Origin: Balanoglossus misakiensis
Taxonomy: Eukaryota > Animalia > Hemichordata
Assembly: GCA_040954595.2 (NCBI GenBank)
Contig: CM082589.2
Location: forward strand, 7,685,186 to 7,749,185
Direction: 5' to 3'
DNA: 64,000 nt
Part shown: positions 50,338 to 64,000 of the stretch, one piece after another
Layout of the letters: each line of letters begins with the position of its first letter
Position numbering within the stretch: position 1 is the stretch's first letter
Made by a program: the position numbers and the translations under genes
The notes under the pieces: generated by a model
Told to the model about the DNA's origin: nothing
The model's input: the letters and a program-made list of their open reading frames with translations, nothing else
The model's database searches: none

Positions 50338-52646
50338 TAAAATTGGTCCATCTAAATAAGCTTGCTGATAGGTATACATGAACACCTTATCGATGCCCGA
50401 CAGTGACTGCATGTTGCAATTCGAACACGCTATGTATTAAAACCGTGCCACACCGATTTAATCAGCCTTAATACAAACAGTACGCAGTTATCGTGGTATG
50501 CATCGCCAAGAGATAAGGAATATATTTGAAGTATTTTACTGTGGAACAAATGAAATTTGGCAGCTATGATTCAAGACAACCGATTCGGAAAAACACAAAC
50601 GTACAAAATGCCTTCAAAGAAATGTTTCAATAAATGTACAACAAGCCTCTGAAATGCTATTTAAACTGATAATTGAATAATGGCCCGATACTGTAAACTG
50701 GGTGCCTTTGTAACTCTAGATAGAATGAAAACTGAAAGGTGACCCGTTTTAACTGATATATGGGTGTGAATGCAATAAATTTACACTGCGAGACTAAAAT
50801 GGCATCAGTTCTAGTAGTTTGTGGTATGTGCGTAATATAATTGGAAACACTGTGCCATGCAAAATGAACACCCATGTAACTTCACAGTTGTTCAAATTTT
50901 TATAACAAGACCCGCATTGAGAGCATATCCATGGAAACTCATACAAGATGTGAGTGTTAATCGCTCACCGAGAGGCAAATGCTAACATATACGACAGTTC
51001 AACGCAAACAAAATAGTCGGGTAACCTAATTTCATTATATTAATTATATTATATTTTGAAGCAATCAACACATGTATGCAATGGCAATAAGTTGTATTCA
51101 TAAAATCAACATACGCATTTATTGTACAGACAATATCCCCCCCCCCCCTCTGTCAGTTTTACTGTACACGGTTTATACAATCTTTGTTAGAGGCCCATCC
51201 TTCATGTGCAAAGGTGGATTTAGTTTGCTACAGAAGTTTAATGTTTTAGTGCCAATTTGTCACGTCAAATTTCATCAGTTGTGAAATGGTAATAACTTGA
51301 ATGCGAGGTCGGTACATTTATCTGGAGAAGTCACGCCCACATCTTTACTTCTAAACGTGGTTAAGACAAACAGAATGAGCTATTTCAACGTTGAGCGCGT
51401 ACTACACACGTCCAGCGTGTACCGCACATATGCAAAATTCCTTCACAGAAATTTAAATTTTCCAATTACTGAAATATACAACAAGCCCCGGAACAATGAC
51501 CCGATACTGTAATATTGGTGATTTAGATTCTCCGTCTTGAATGAAAATGAAAGGTGACCCGCTTAAATTGGAATATGGGTGCGAATGAAATATATTTACA
51601 CTGCGAGACAAATCGTAGTGAGTCTTGTAGTGTGGCAAGTATTGGGGGGGGGGGGACAGTGGCTCACAAGATGAGCAATACACGTTGTTTTAGATTTCAT
51701 ATTCATAACATGGCCGGCAGCATTGAAAGGCCAATTCAATGGAAAATCATACAAGATACACGTATCACCAAGAGACTGGACGCAACAAAATGGGTCAACT
51801 TAATTTTAATTATTGCAGTTTGCTTGGCAATTTATGATTTCAAAAACAACTATCAGGTCGATTCCGCCTGCGTGTTGATCATATTGGCCGAAACGGCAGG
51901 GGTGTCCCAGCCAAAACAAAAATGGTCGCGAAAATAAGCGGCCGAAAACCTAAAACCTTCTATTCTTCGCCACATTTCATTTATTGGCTGGTCTGTCTAG
52001 TGTACCATCACCCCATCGATGCTAACTTTGAGGGTAAAAAGTAAACATTACTCAAATATTCATTTCCCCATTTTTTTTACGGAAGTTGCACAGCGGAGTG
52101 GAATTGATTGCCTTTATATCATGACATTCCGATGCGGGCGCGTATCCCCCTGATATCTGGTACGAAAACGAGGCTGAGGGGAATACCCTAAATCGTGCAC
52201 GTCATAACACGTACTGGTGGTGTCCTAAAAGGAAAAACAAGTTACTTGTTCATTGTTGCTGAAGAGATATTTGCCCGAGACGGAGTACAAGTTAGCGGTA
52301 AAATCACTGCGTAAGATAAGGTAAAACTGACTTGAATTGTTCTTCTTATCTTTTTGCTAGTTTTGAAGTTGAAAAACCCGATGGAAACACAGGACACTAC
52401 CACGATATTACCGATGCCTGACTGGGTTTACATATAACGGTATTGCATGAGCTTCTGTAGCTCTGTGTGGCAGGGCTGTGTGTTGAAAACGGCTATGTGG
52501 TTGACGCATAGCCGTTAACAACACAAATCCCTGCCACACAGAGCTGGAGCTTCTGATAATCTCGTGCCCAGTCGCATTTAGTTTAGTCTCCTGATGAGTG
52601 AGTCAGTAATCTAATGCATATCTTTTTGTGGTGTTGTCAACTAAAG

Positions 52647-55600
52647 ATGGCGGCTCATGTGTGTCTTGACCTTTCTGGCGAGGTGGAAACTACACCTGAC
52701 AAGGTTAACTACGCCAGGATCAGTCGTCTGCTGATCGATGTGGGCACCAAGGTGTTGAGAAGTAGGTTCGACGCTATTCATCCGCCAAGTGCATTACCAG
52801 GGGTCTTAAACGCAAACAGAAAGACCTTACACGACTTGACGTTAAAACCAAAGGTCATAAACAGCGATGTGTGGAAAAGACTTTACCCAACACCACAAAC
52901 AACAGCCACAACGTCAGCATCTTTTGACATCAGTCTACTCATGATTCTATTTCGCAACATTTGTGGCCTTAAACCTCCAAAGTCTAACGTATGGAATACT
53001 CCCAAACCTAAAAATCATAGCCTGGAAGCTGATCTTGGCAGGATACGAAGGTTTCGCAACAGACTTCAGCACGGTCACAATGTGTCTATTACGCACGGTG
53101 ATTTTCAAACCTTCTGGGATGACATCACTGTTGTTCTGGTGCGCCTTGGCGCCAAACAGGACGATATCGACAGGTTAAAGACCACGAGTATGGACCCATC
53201 TGAGACAGAGAAATGCGAGCAAATTCTGAAGCAATGGGAAGATTCAGACACTGAGATGAAAGCCTGGATGGCTCGCATGGAAGACAAACAAGATGAACAC
53301 ACTGTTAAACTCAATGAGATTTCAAACCAGATCAGAGACGGTAAAGAAGAACAAACTGGGAAACTAGACAAGGTCCTGCAACAAGGAAATAAGGTGGAGG
53401 AAACCTTAAAGAAGTTCTGTGATTCAGGATCCAACACTAAATCATGTGATAGTACAGAGCCAGGATCTAGTACACATGCAGGTAAAAAAAAATTACCCAC
53501 AATCGATAGCGCATTTTTTTATCGACGTTTCCCCTTCAAAATGCCAAAGTCGGGTCCTTTTCTATCTTTATAATTAATATTCATACCGTATTCCATAGAT
53601 AGAAGAAACGTCAACTGACTGTATGTTATTCAATATCATTCTGACTTTAAATGATACATTATTCAATATTGAAAGTATAATCATAAATATGCAATTTAGG
53701 CCTACAAAACAGTTTGGCCAAATTTCACATTTGCAGACGAGTTATATTACATTCAAGTGATTAAGTGAAAACCATGGCCGAACATAGAGAAAATGTCGAC
53801 AAGTCTAATATGACAGAGAAGTTATCATCAACGTTAACTTGATATTTCATATTTCAGATAGGCCTTCTGGACGTCAGAGGTTGGAACAGTGTCTGAAAGA
53901 AATCTACAAAAGACGTTTTGCCAAATTTCAACCCCTGCCTTGGAACGACCAGTTCTTTCTTTATATGCGTGATGTGTATACACGGTTAGAAGTGGCAGAA
54001 GTTGATGAAAGGGGGAAGATGAAGTTGCAAAGTGAAAACCATGCTGGGGATAATGTGACATTTAAAGACGAAAGAAAAATGTTTGCATTATCTGGAAGTG
54101 GACTGAAACCACTGCGAATAAGAGTTGAAGGAGCACCAGGTATAGGGAAATCAATCTTTTGTAGGAAAATGGCTTATAGCTGGGCTTGTGGAAACTTAGA
54201 CCAATTTAAGTTGGTACTCCTATTAGAAGCCAGACATATTAATAAGTCCTCTATTGCAGAGGTCATATTTGATCAGCTACTTCCAGATGATGCAAACATT
54301 ACTGAAGGTGAGTTACTTGAGATACTGCATGATAATGAGGAATCCATTTTGTTTCTTTGTGATGGGTTAGATGAGACGGATGTCAGTATAAAGAAGGATT
54401 CACATATGAGTAGAATTATTGCAAAGAAATCACTGTCCAGGAGTACAGTTGTTATCACTACAAGACCCCATGAATGTGATACAGAGCTCAAAGATTGTGA
54501 TTCACATTACAAGATTCAGGGCTTCACGTCAAATGATTGCAAAGAATATATGTTAAAGTACTTCAAACAGAACACTGAGAGTGTAAAGAAATTAATATCG
54601 GTTCTGGTGTTCGATCTGCGTGTATCGTTTGACTTTGATCACGGCAAGACAGACAGTGTTCTTTCCAATCCACTATTCATGTCACTCGTGTGTATTCTCT
54701 GGGAAGATTACCATGATGGGGAGCCCTTTCCCACCAGACAGACAGAATTGTATTCGGAAATTGTACAGTGCATTTTGAAGAGGTATTGTCTTATTAATAA
54801 GCAGGGCATCAGCCTCGACGACGATGGAAAAGTACCCATTGATATAATAGACGAAATGAATACATTGTCCGAAATTGCATACAAGTACTTAAATAGCAAT
54901 GATGTCTTGATCAAGGAATCTGATGTAGAACCTCGATGGCTCCTATCATTAGGGTTCCTCGTTTGTGATCGTGGGGTTTCAAGAACAAAGCCAAGAAAGG
55001 TTTGTTTCTTCTCCCATAAAACCTGGCTCGAGTATTTTGCCGCCTTACATATTGCAAAGCGTTTGGGTGAGGGTGACTCATTTGATGAATTCCAGTATCT
55101 GTTTGAGAACATCAATCACTTTTACCAGGTTGTGTTGTTCCTTACTGGTAAACTGAAAAAAAAGGCTGGATGTCTCTTCAGTGCCATGGTACCAGTTGTT
55201 GACAAATCATTATATGATGTCGAAGATGTAAATGATCGAAAGAAAGTAGTGCAGGTAACCAGATTAATCAGAATGTTGGATGAAAGCATTGATTATAAAG
55301 ACTTTTTCAACAGTGTTTCTCCAATTGTCCAAAAAGTATCCCATTACACTTTCTTCACCTCTGGTCTAAGAGATATTTACGAGCCATTCGATCTGTTGGT
55401 TCCATATGTTGTCAACTTTATGACGAAACCGAATGATATTTGCTGTAATATATCCAGTTACAAAATGTACACTATGATCATTGAGTTGTTGGAATATCAT
55501 CAGAGCACAAAAGCAAAGCCACAGTATGACAAACTCCTTCAGTTGAATGTCAGTCAATTAGATGAGTCGCAGCTATCACGCCTGGCTCACGTGCTTGAGC

Positions 55601-56010
55601 ACAATCACATTTCCCTCAAGTGGCTCATTTTGATGGCAGGTGATGAAACCAGTGCAGAAACTCTTAGAATTCTCGCAAAGGTTTTCAGGAAAACTCAGGC
55701 AGTCAAAAATGTTGCCATACGTGCAGTTGTTGCCGGAAAGGAGGATGAGTTCGCTGATTTGTTTGAGAATGTAGTGAAAAATAAGAATGTAAATTGCTTA
55801 TCACTCCTCGTAATTGGACCATCCAGCACTGAGGTAATCCCTTTTGAAGCGTTGAGAAGTGGTGACCTCAATGACCTCTGCATCACCGTGGTTCAAGGGG
55901 AGAACTTGGCCAACCTGGCAGACTTCCTTCAAAAATGCCAGGGAAATACTAACGTTTCGTGTTGCATTTATCACAAAGAGGCCCTTACAGGAGAAAGGGG
56001 CTCCACATAA
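52647..56010 (+). CDS. HEPN-NACHT-LRR-like NLR, copy 2 (exons 52647-53481, 53858-56010)
   Basis: Paralog of copy 1 with all motifs intact; the indels relative to copy 1 are in frame. Confidence 0.88.
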
Positions 56011-56642
56011 TTTCGAAATTGAGTCCAAGTTTGAAAGCGCTGAGAATGCAAAGTGATTATGTCACATTGTGCAAAAACTTCTCTGACGACAGTCTAAATT
56101 TATTGAAGAACAACACAACGTTGGAAGAGTTAGATTTCCTGATAGGCACTGGAAGTGTACCAGTTATGTGCGAACTAATCAGAACAAACAGGAGATTAAC
56201 ATCACTCGTATGTACTATACCAATAAGTTCTTGCAGGACCTGTGAGGATTTAGCATCAGAGCTAGAAGCCATACCCGATGCACTCTGCTCAAATTCTACG
56301 TTAGAAAGTTTCACTCTCAGTATATATGATGATGTCAGTTCAATACGAAAACCAATACCAACCCAAATACAAAATGAAGATGTTTTTGTCAACAATCATG
56401 GGTACATTTTGGCTTATCTGATGTTACCGGTGTTTATACATATGAAGGCTGGCAAGACCGGTTTGAAAAGAATCTCATATAGGTTTCTGGCAGAGTACAG
56501 CGATAAGATATTGTATTCCTTCTTGGATTCTTTTTTCAAAGATGATATGAAATCGTATTCAACATACACTTGCAAGAAACTATGTGTACAGTTCACTCGG
56601 TGGCATGGTTATGTTCATGAGCTCATCATCAATAGACCTTGA
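55959..56642 (+). CDS. LRR-like C-terminal continuation of NLR copy 2 in the -1 frame
   Basis: Homolog of 43677-44399, 13 codons shorter through three in-frame indels, with the same frame break. Confidence 0.7.
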   Translation: MLHLSQRGPYRRKGLHIISKLSPSLKALRMQSDYVTLCKNFSDDSLNLLKNNTTLEELDFLIGTGSVPVMCELIRTNRRLTSLVCTIPISSCRTCEDLASELEAIPDALCSNSTLESFTLSIYDDVSSIRKPIPTQIQNEDVFVNNHGYILAYLMLPVFIHMKAGKTGLKRISYRFLAEYSDKILYSFLDSFFKDDMKSYSTYTCKKLCVQFTRWHGYVHELIINRP

Positions 56643-58991
56643 GGGAAATCATGTCCTATAGGTGAAAGAAGAGGGTATAAGAGAACCTTGTGTCTGTTTC
56701 TGTGGTATTTCTGTGGATATCTTTAAGTCCACCTGTCGTCCGAGTCAGTGGATGAAATTTTGACCACTAAGGAGTTGTATGTGTGTATTGATGGTCTTGT
56801 TGGTGGCAGTGGAATTCATATTGCTGCTTCCTCTCGCCTTGTGCTCTTTTGTCACAATATCAGGTGATTATACCATAGCTTTATATAAACCCAATTGAGT
56901 TTTGTTGTCAAGAATGATTTTGAAGCTATTGCAAATGGTACTAGAAACATGTTCATCAGATACAAAGTTCTTTCGTCGAATTAAAGAATAATAGTCGGCA
57001 ATTTAGTCTGAAGGCAGTATTTTCTTGAAACTTGGTGTTCGATTTTGGAGTACTGATTACAAACAATGGGCGTTATCTGTACACAAAGGACAGTAATTTC
57101 TTAGCTGCAAAGTATTGTCATTGTAATCGTTTGGGGGTCACACACACCATTAAGACTGTTCTGAAGTGTCACGTTAACACCTCTCCGTAACCCCTTGTCT
57201 ATGGGGCGAGCGTCAGTGCTATAAATAAACTTCGTGTGTTTGGACACAATACGACTCAAAGGATTAATGCTCTGTGTTTACCATAGGCAAATAGTGTTTG
57301 AAATGTTGTGTGTGTGTGATCCTGGTATTAGAAACCTAGTATGTAATCGTATGTACTAGATGTACAATTTTCATGTGATAATATTTGAACAAACATTTCA
57401 CTGATATGTACTTGTGTCTTAATTTAAACTTCGAAACAGTTCTTTTGAAAGGCTATTCTGTTCTATAACACAATTACAAATCACAAGTTTTTAAGTGCAT
57501 GAGCATTTTCATGTAAAATAAGTTGCCTGCACCCTTCATACTAGATGTAGCATAAACTGGGCTCAGTTATTTTGGAGGGAAAGTTACAAAAAATCATGAC
57601 GTACGACTTAGATGGTAGACATCAAAGTGTGAAGAAAACTGTTCTTATTTCTGCTCATTTACCTTGGATGTGATGAAACACATCTTCTAAACCTTTTCAT
57701 CACCTCAAGGTGTCTTTAGTTTGCTACAGAAGTTAAATGTTTTAGTGCCAATTTGTCACGTCAAATTTCATCATTTGTGAAATGGTAATAACAAGTTGAA
57801 TTGCTTTCTTATCGGTATCGTTTATTTTCAACACAGTGTGCGACAAACAATGCTACTGGTTACATGAATGCATGACACTACACTGGACAACGACATTTTT
57901 TACCCTGCTAACTTTTGGAGTATCTGTAGGCCGCTATTGTCGTACATTCCGTGTGTCTGGTTGGTGAACAAAGTGTATTATTACCTAAGCCGTAGGTCTA
58001 CATGATAAATAAATTTTTACAAAAAACTGTGCGAAATCCTATTGTGGTTTGATTTCAAAGTAGATGTATTAATATTCACACTATATGCATAATTTGTAGA
58101 AATTATTCAACCATTTTTTTTTTTCAAAACTCGGATAAAACAATTTGGATGTGGTGGATTTAGGCTTCGGGTTCACCGAGAAGATTCACCAACCTCCTTA
58201 AGCCCCAACTCGTCCGATGAAACATGAATATTACATTATCGTCCATGCGTACATCTGCCGTGGTGAAGTTCTGCTTTTAAAAATCCGGTGAAACATCAAT
58301 TTGTTCATTATAACTTCGTGTCGCCAAATGTACCAAATCTGAGAACCAAAATGTTCATGTTCACACTGAGATAGTAATATCCATTATGTGCCCAACTACC
58401 TTTTATTCAGCAGAAGTGAAATTAAAGCAAAAAGTTCCATAACAATGCAGAGAAAAGAAAAAGTACATTGCACTTCACTGAACTATGAACTGTGGTATGG
58501 TATCCAGGATATTGCAAAATGCTCTGTCAGGTATCACCAGTAGACCTATGAAGAACATAGAAGAAAACAGAAGATAGATATGTATATGATTATCAAGACA
58601 CTGGATCATAATACAGGCCTTCAAATAAACTGCCGCACTTCAAGACATACTGGTATGCACCTTACATGCCTACCAGGGAATTGTAAATTGGGAACTGTAT
58701 TACTGAAAACATAACGAGGATAATATGGAAATTCCTGGGTATTTCATCATTGATCTGTGTGCAATACCACACCTCTCTATTAAATACTTAGGGGTATGAA
58801 TAATCTACATATCTACCCCGTGCCTGTAAGTCTATGTAGGCCTAACACACTCAAAAGTGCAACAAATTCGAGTTTTAAAAACAAATTCTAAAGACATTGC
58901 ACAGGAAGGTTTCATGATATCAGGTGAGAGATTTTTTTTTCATTCTTGATCTTCGCAGCATTTTATCACTTTGGCAGGAATCTATAGCTGT

Positions 58992-61900
58992 AATTACTGT
59001 AGCGGGTGCATGCTGCTGGGTTAACAGGTGTTCACAACATCAGTCAACCCAGCAGAACCCTCGACAATCATTGCAGCTAGAAGCTGGCCACCATAGACGC
59101 GCACACACATACATGCGCGCACATACACAGCAAATACATATTCTATGCAACAAAACGTAGACATGATAATTTGAACAATATACATCATGTATAGTTTATT
59201 ATGTCACTGTCTTTCCATTTCCAGAATTGTGACAGCGCATCTATTTTTTTTTTTTTTTTTTTTTTTTTATACCGTACTAGCGTCAAATACCTGTAATATT
59301 TGGATTTTTTGTACAGTTTGGCCGGTGGCCATTGGTACTGAATAAATTATTATTATTTATACACAGAGATACATACATGATTCCAAGTCAATGGGTTCAT
59401 TTCTCTTTAACACAGAAAGGAAAGTGAACGTTCCACATTGTCCATGAAACCAGCGTAGCGTTCACAGTCTACCTGTTTGTGACAATTTACTAGAGTCTGT
59501 GGAACAAAAGACAGCAAAAGCAAAAAAAATTAGGTCCACAGAATGATCATATGTTATACATATAACAGGTGCGTGAACAACAAATGACAGCTGTAACCTA
59601 TATTATCTCGTGAGAACCAGGCTTTCTCGCGAGTAACAGGCTTTAGAGCATAAAGAAAATCACTTGTACTCGGAGAATTTCAAAAATAAACTCGTAGACT
59701 GCATACGTTGACAAACATCAGTGAATTAGCTTTTTGGACAAGCATCTCATGTGAAAAAAAGAATTCGCTTGTGCAGTATTTTTTTCGAGGCGCGTCCACC
59801 TGCAGATGACACACACCAGCGTGTCACCATAGTAACCACACGGACAGGTTTTATTTAACACGATATATTTAGCAACATTGTTCGTCCCCATCTTATTGCG
59901 TAAAGACAGTACTCGTGTTCTCTAGGGCCTTTAACGATTTAACATGCGAGTTGAATTCATTACATTGAAATACACCATTTGGGTAGCTGGTGGTTTTGAA
60001 CAGAGAGTTTTAAGATCCCTGATCGTCAACGTCAATGCTTGAAATTATTATTCAAATCAGAGTCCCATATTGAAATTAATGTATACTTTCATTTTAGCGT
60101 TACGCCTAGCAGGATAAACATGATACATGTTCCATGTCATTATTCAAATCATAACCGAACTAATATCAACTTACGGTCATAACTGAGCAGTTGTCAAATC
60201 CGTCGCTATTTGCCTGAATACAAGAGCTCAAGTTGTCGAAGTCATCCCCTTCACACTGCGAACAAAAAGTAACATGGAGAATAATTAAGCTGGACGGCCT
60301 GACGTGAGGGTGTGTTTAATATATCTGGTATTTTTCATTATTACATCCAGTGACTGCATGTATGGCATACTATACGAGCAAACACTTACAATACGATAGG
60401 CTTCGGTAGCAATGGCTGTACAAGCCAACAGCATTATGATTAAAATCTTCATAGCCTATTTAAACGAGAAGGGAACATATTCAACGGTGATGATTGTAAC
60501 AGAGAATTCACGAGTGAAGGCCCTCCGAAAATAATTTGCACATACGTTTAATTGTCCGGGCCACCCGCCTTTCCTATTACGTTGGCTATCGTTAACAAAT
60601 TTACGAATTTCGTTATCAATCTGGTATTTAAAACTAAATTTGCATAGGTGACAGTATACCTTTAACCAAAACCGAACAGATAAGCTTTGGAAACTTGCCA
60701 GCATAGCATAGTGTCTGTAAACTTTGAACAAGCTCTTGTGCCATGCCACGTTAAGCATGCTATATGTTGTCATAAAATCCCACGATATTCAACGTCCTGT
60801 GAATACATGTAGTCTTATGAATAGACCCCCCCCCCCCTTCCCCCAATCTCAGAATACTCTGTTCTCTGTGGCTAGCTAAATGGTATCAGTCAAGTGTCGG
60901 ACGCAATAAAGAAGAGCTTTAAAATAAAATATGAAATTGATCAAAAGGAAACTTATTCTGAGAGTAAATGTGAAAAGTAACAGAAACTCAGGCAAACTTA
61001 CTGGTGTTGAAAAGTAATCTTCTATAGTCGCAATTTTCCGTCAATCTTGAGTGAAGCCTATAGGTCTCAGAACTATATTGCAACAGTAGTTTGCTTTATA
61101 TAAGGTACACAGTGCATATTTTAAGAAATGTATTAATACATGTCGTCGATGATTGATGGAATTTGGCAACAAAAATATACTTTATTCAAATTACTCCGGA
61201 AGTAGAGGAAGAAATGAGAAGCGTTGGTGACTAACCTGTAATGTCACGTGATCACTATGTCTAAAATTAGACTGCTGCAATATGTTTTTTGACCAACTCA
61301 TGAGTTCTTTTTCTCATCAAAAATAACTTAGAACTTTTATAGAGTCCATCAAATACTGGGAAGAAATAAATCAATATAGGATGCATTGCCGTCCGAACAA
61401 TGAAAGAATATACAGAAACTAGTTTCACGAGTAATGCGCGGTGTATTCTGCCGCAGTATTTTCACGAGCGCAGAATTAAACAACACTTACAGGCGTCTTG
61501 ATAATCATTGAGCACTGTAGCGTAAGAGTAAATAAAAATTGTGCAAAGATTCACCATCAGGATATCTAATATTCAGGTTTTAGGTGATGTGGTTTATAGG
61601 TTTTACCTATGATACTCACCACAAACGGTCGGTTCGAATTGTATAAGAGTTGTATGCGTACAATACCTGCATGTGGCCGCATTGCAATGTTTGTTTTCAA
61701 CAGAATATTAGATCCAGATATTGTAATTTACTACTGTCCCACGCGGAACTGACAACTGGGTGCCTTGGATATTCTATTTAGAAATGAAATTTAAATATTG
61801 ACCCGTTTACTACATAGTAAACTGAAAAATGGGTGTAGACGTTATAAATTTACTCGACTAAAATAAAAAAGGAACCATCAATTCTGGTAGCATATAGGCC

Positions 61901-62340
61901 TATGTGCGCCCAGGTACATGTACCTAATGTGTTATACCAGGTTATCATATCTGTTCAACAGTTCTTTTCTCATTTTTTTCTTATTTTAGTTCACGAAAAG
62001 TTTGAAGGGATACAGTGTCTATAGTATATATTTGAGAAATGTCGTTTGGTTTGTAAATACGGGTTCCAGCTTGAACTACGCGCGCACCAGCCTGGTTCCA
62101 CATGTTGTTGTTGACCGGGGTTGATCAGATTGTTTCTTCTATAATTGCAAAATACACTGTTCTCTTCCAGATAACCCAACCAAGCATAGGACCATCATTA
62201 AGCCGAACAATCGACAACAGAATTTAAGTAGTACAGCTTGTCTCATGCAGGTCTGTGCGTCTGCATGGGTCCACATCTTTCCTTTTAAAGCATCTAGAGC
62301 TTCCACTTTTTGCATTATTCTCATGATTTTATTTTCCAAC
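58992..62340 (-). pseudogene. Cys-rich multi-micro-exon gene or relic, copy 2. Exons include 61514-61491, 61057-61002, 60714-60699, 60415-60390, 60255-60175, 59799-59707, 59496-59473
   Basis: Same splice sites and, apart from the 93-nt exon (65 nt in copy 1), the same exon lengths. Synonymous changes fall in the predicted frame (GAG/GAA, TGC/TGT, GCG/GCA). The in-frame TGA in the 56-nt exon is shared. Confidence 0.55.
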
Positions 62341-63489
62341 CTAAAATTGGTCCATCTAAATAAGCTTGCTGATAGGTATACATGAACACCTTATCGATGC
62401 CCGACAGTGACTGCGTGTTGCAATTCGAACACGCTATGTACTAAAACCGTGCCACACCGATTTAATCAGCCTCAATTCAAACAGTACGCAGCTATCGTGG
62501 TATGCGTCGCCAAGAGATAATTAGGAATACATTTGAAGTATTTTACTGTGGAAAGAATATGTGAAATTTGACAGCTATAGGGGCTTTAAACGTGGTTCAA
62601 GACAGCTTTTTAACCTTTGAGCGCGTCTGCCGCACACACCCACATTTCACAACCGAAAAACGCAAACGTACAAAATGCCTCCATAGAAATGTTTCAACAA
62701 GCCTCTTAAATGCTATTTAAAATGATATTTGATATTTGAATAATGGCCCGATACTGTAAACTGGGTGCCTTTGTAACTCCAGATAGATTGAAAACTGAAA
62801 GGTGACCCGTTTTAACTGATATATGGGTGTGAATGCAATAAATTTACAGTGCGAGACTAAAATGGCATTATTTCTAGTAGTATGTGGTGTGTGCGTAATA
62901 TAATTGGAAACACTGTGCCATGCAAAATGAACACCCATGTAACTTCACAGTTGTTCAAATTTTTATAACAAGACCCGCATTGAGAGCATATCCATGGAAA
63001 CTCATACAAGATGTGAGTGTTAATCGCTCACCGAGAGGCAAATGCTAACATATACGACAGTTCAACGCAACCAAAAAGTCAGGTAACCTAATTTCATTTT
63101 AATTATATTACATTTTGAAGCAATCAACACATGTATGCAATGACAATAAGTTGTATCCATAAAATCAACATACGCATTTATTGTACAGACAATATGTTTC
63201 CCCTCTGTCAGTTTTACTGTACACGGTTTATACAATCTTTGTTATAGGCCCATCCTTTATGTGAAAAGATGGCTACAGAAGTTAAATGTTTTAGTGCTAA
63301 TTTGTCAAGTCAAATTTCATCAGTTGTAAAATGGTAATAACAAATTGAATTGCCTTTCTTATCGGTATCGTTTATTTTCAACACAATGTGCGACAAATAA
63401 TGCTACTGGTTACATGAATGCATGACACTACACTTGACAACGACATTTTTACGCTGCTATTAAACTTTTGGAGCATCTTTAGGCCGTTA

Positions 63490-64000
63490 GGGACTGTCCA
63501 GAATTTACTTCTAGGGGGGCTGGAGGATTTTCAGGGGGGGCACCCATTTTCCCCAAGAAAAATTAGGGGCGGTCAGACATAAAAATCACAATCCTTTAGG
63601 GGGGGCCATGTAAAAAAAACCCTCACATACTCAATATTTGCCCAGAAGTACTGATTTATAAGAAACAAACCAGCATGGCTACCTGGATGACAGATGAACA
63701 CCACAAGCGTATTATTAAATCACCATAAGCTGGAATTTCAGGTAATTTTTACGGTGGTGTATTTCGTATATGTACTACAGTTTCTTGTTCTACTCTGTGA
63801 AGCATAATAAAATGCCCAGTATTTGGCCTGCCAGCATAGACCATATATGTACAGTGAACAGTCAGTGTTGTTACTGTTGACGAGCTCAATTTAAGTCCAG
63901 ACTAGAATTCGTTAATTTTCTCATCAATCATTCATATATGTTTATAAAAAAGTTAATTTGCTTTTGGGTTCATTAAAATGCAGCTTTGAGCTCTGTATTT
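63490..64000. mobile_element. Probable left end of a Harbinger-like MITE (runs off the window)
   Basis: Homology to 45481-45698 ends abruptly at TTA|GGGACTGTCCAGAATTTAC..GGGGGG, and the G-run structure resembles the 8852 MITE. The right TIR is not visible. Confidence 0.4.

Larger units (their letters stand above)
39037..63486. repeat. Tandem duplication of the NLR plus micro-exon-gene unit, period ~12.3 kb (39037-~51296 and 51313-~63486)
   Basis: Homology starts abruptly at TACATTTATCTGGAGAAGTCACG at 39037 and 51313 and is colinear throughout. Confidence 0.95.

Overview
This is AT-rich, intron-containing animal genomic DNA. The Link modules and HEPN-NLRs suggest a marine invertebrate, possibly a deuterostome (inference). 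There are no prokaryotic operons, CRISPR arrays, rRNA or tRNA genes. The window holds two tandem segmental duplications. (1) Positions 1-38.6 kb carry an ~18.2-kb-period array of three copies (A partial, B, C) of a gene with 11 coding exons. It encodes a secreted proteinase K/aqualysin-type S8 subtilase (signal peptide, I9 prodomain, D/H/S triad) fused to two Link modules. Copy C alone keeps an intact Cys-rich 'CDDGG..C..GTDC.DCG.R' tail. (2) Positions 39.0-63.5 kb carry two ~12.3-kb units, each with an NLR gene (DZIP3-type HEPN RNase domain, coiled coil, NACHT, LRR-like region). Both NLR copies share the same -1 frame break, yet the downstream frame is kept open. Each unit also hides a minus-strand Cys-rich micro-exon gene or relic, absent from the ORF track, with one hypervariable exon. 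Intergenic DNA holds many MITEs with target-site duplications (TSDs), LINE fragments, a Penelope-like GIY-YIG relic with degenerate hammerhead motifs, and microsatellites. Exon boundaries were read by eye from splice signals and phase, and domain names are from recognition rather than database searches.
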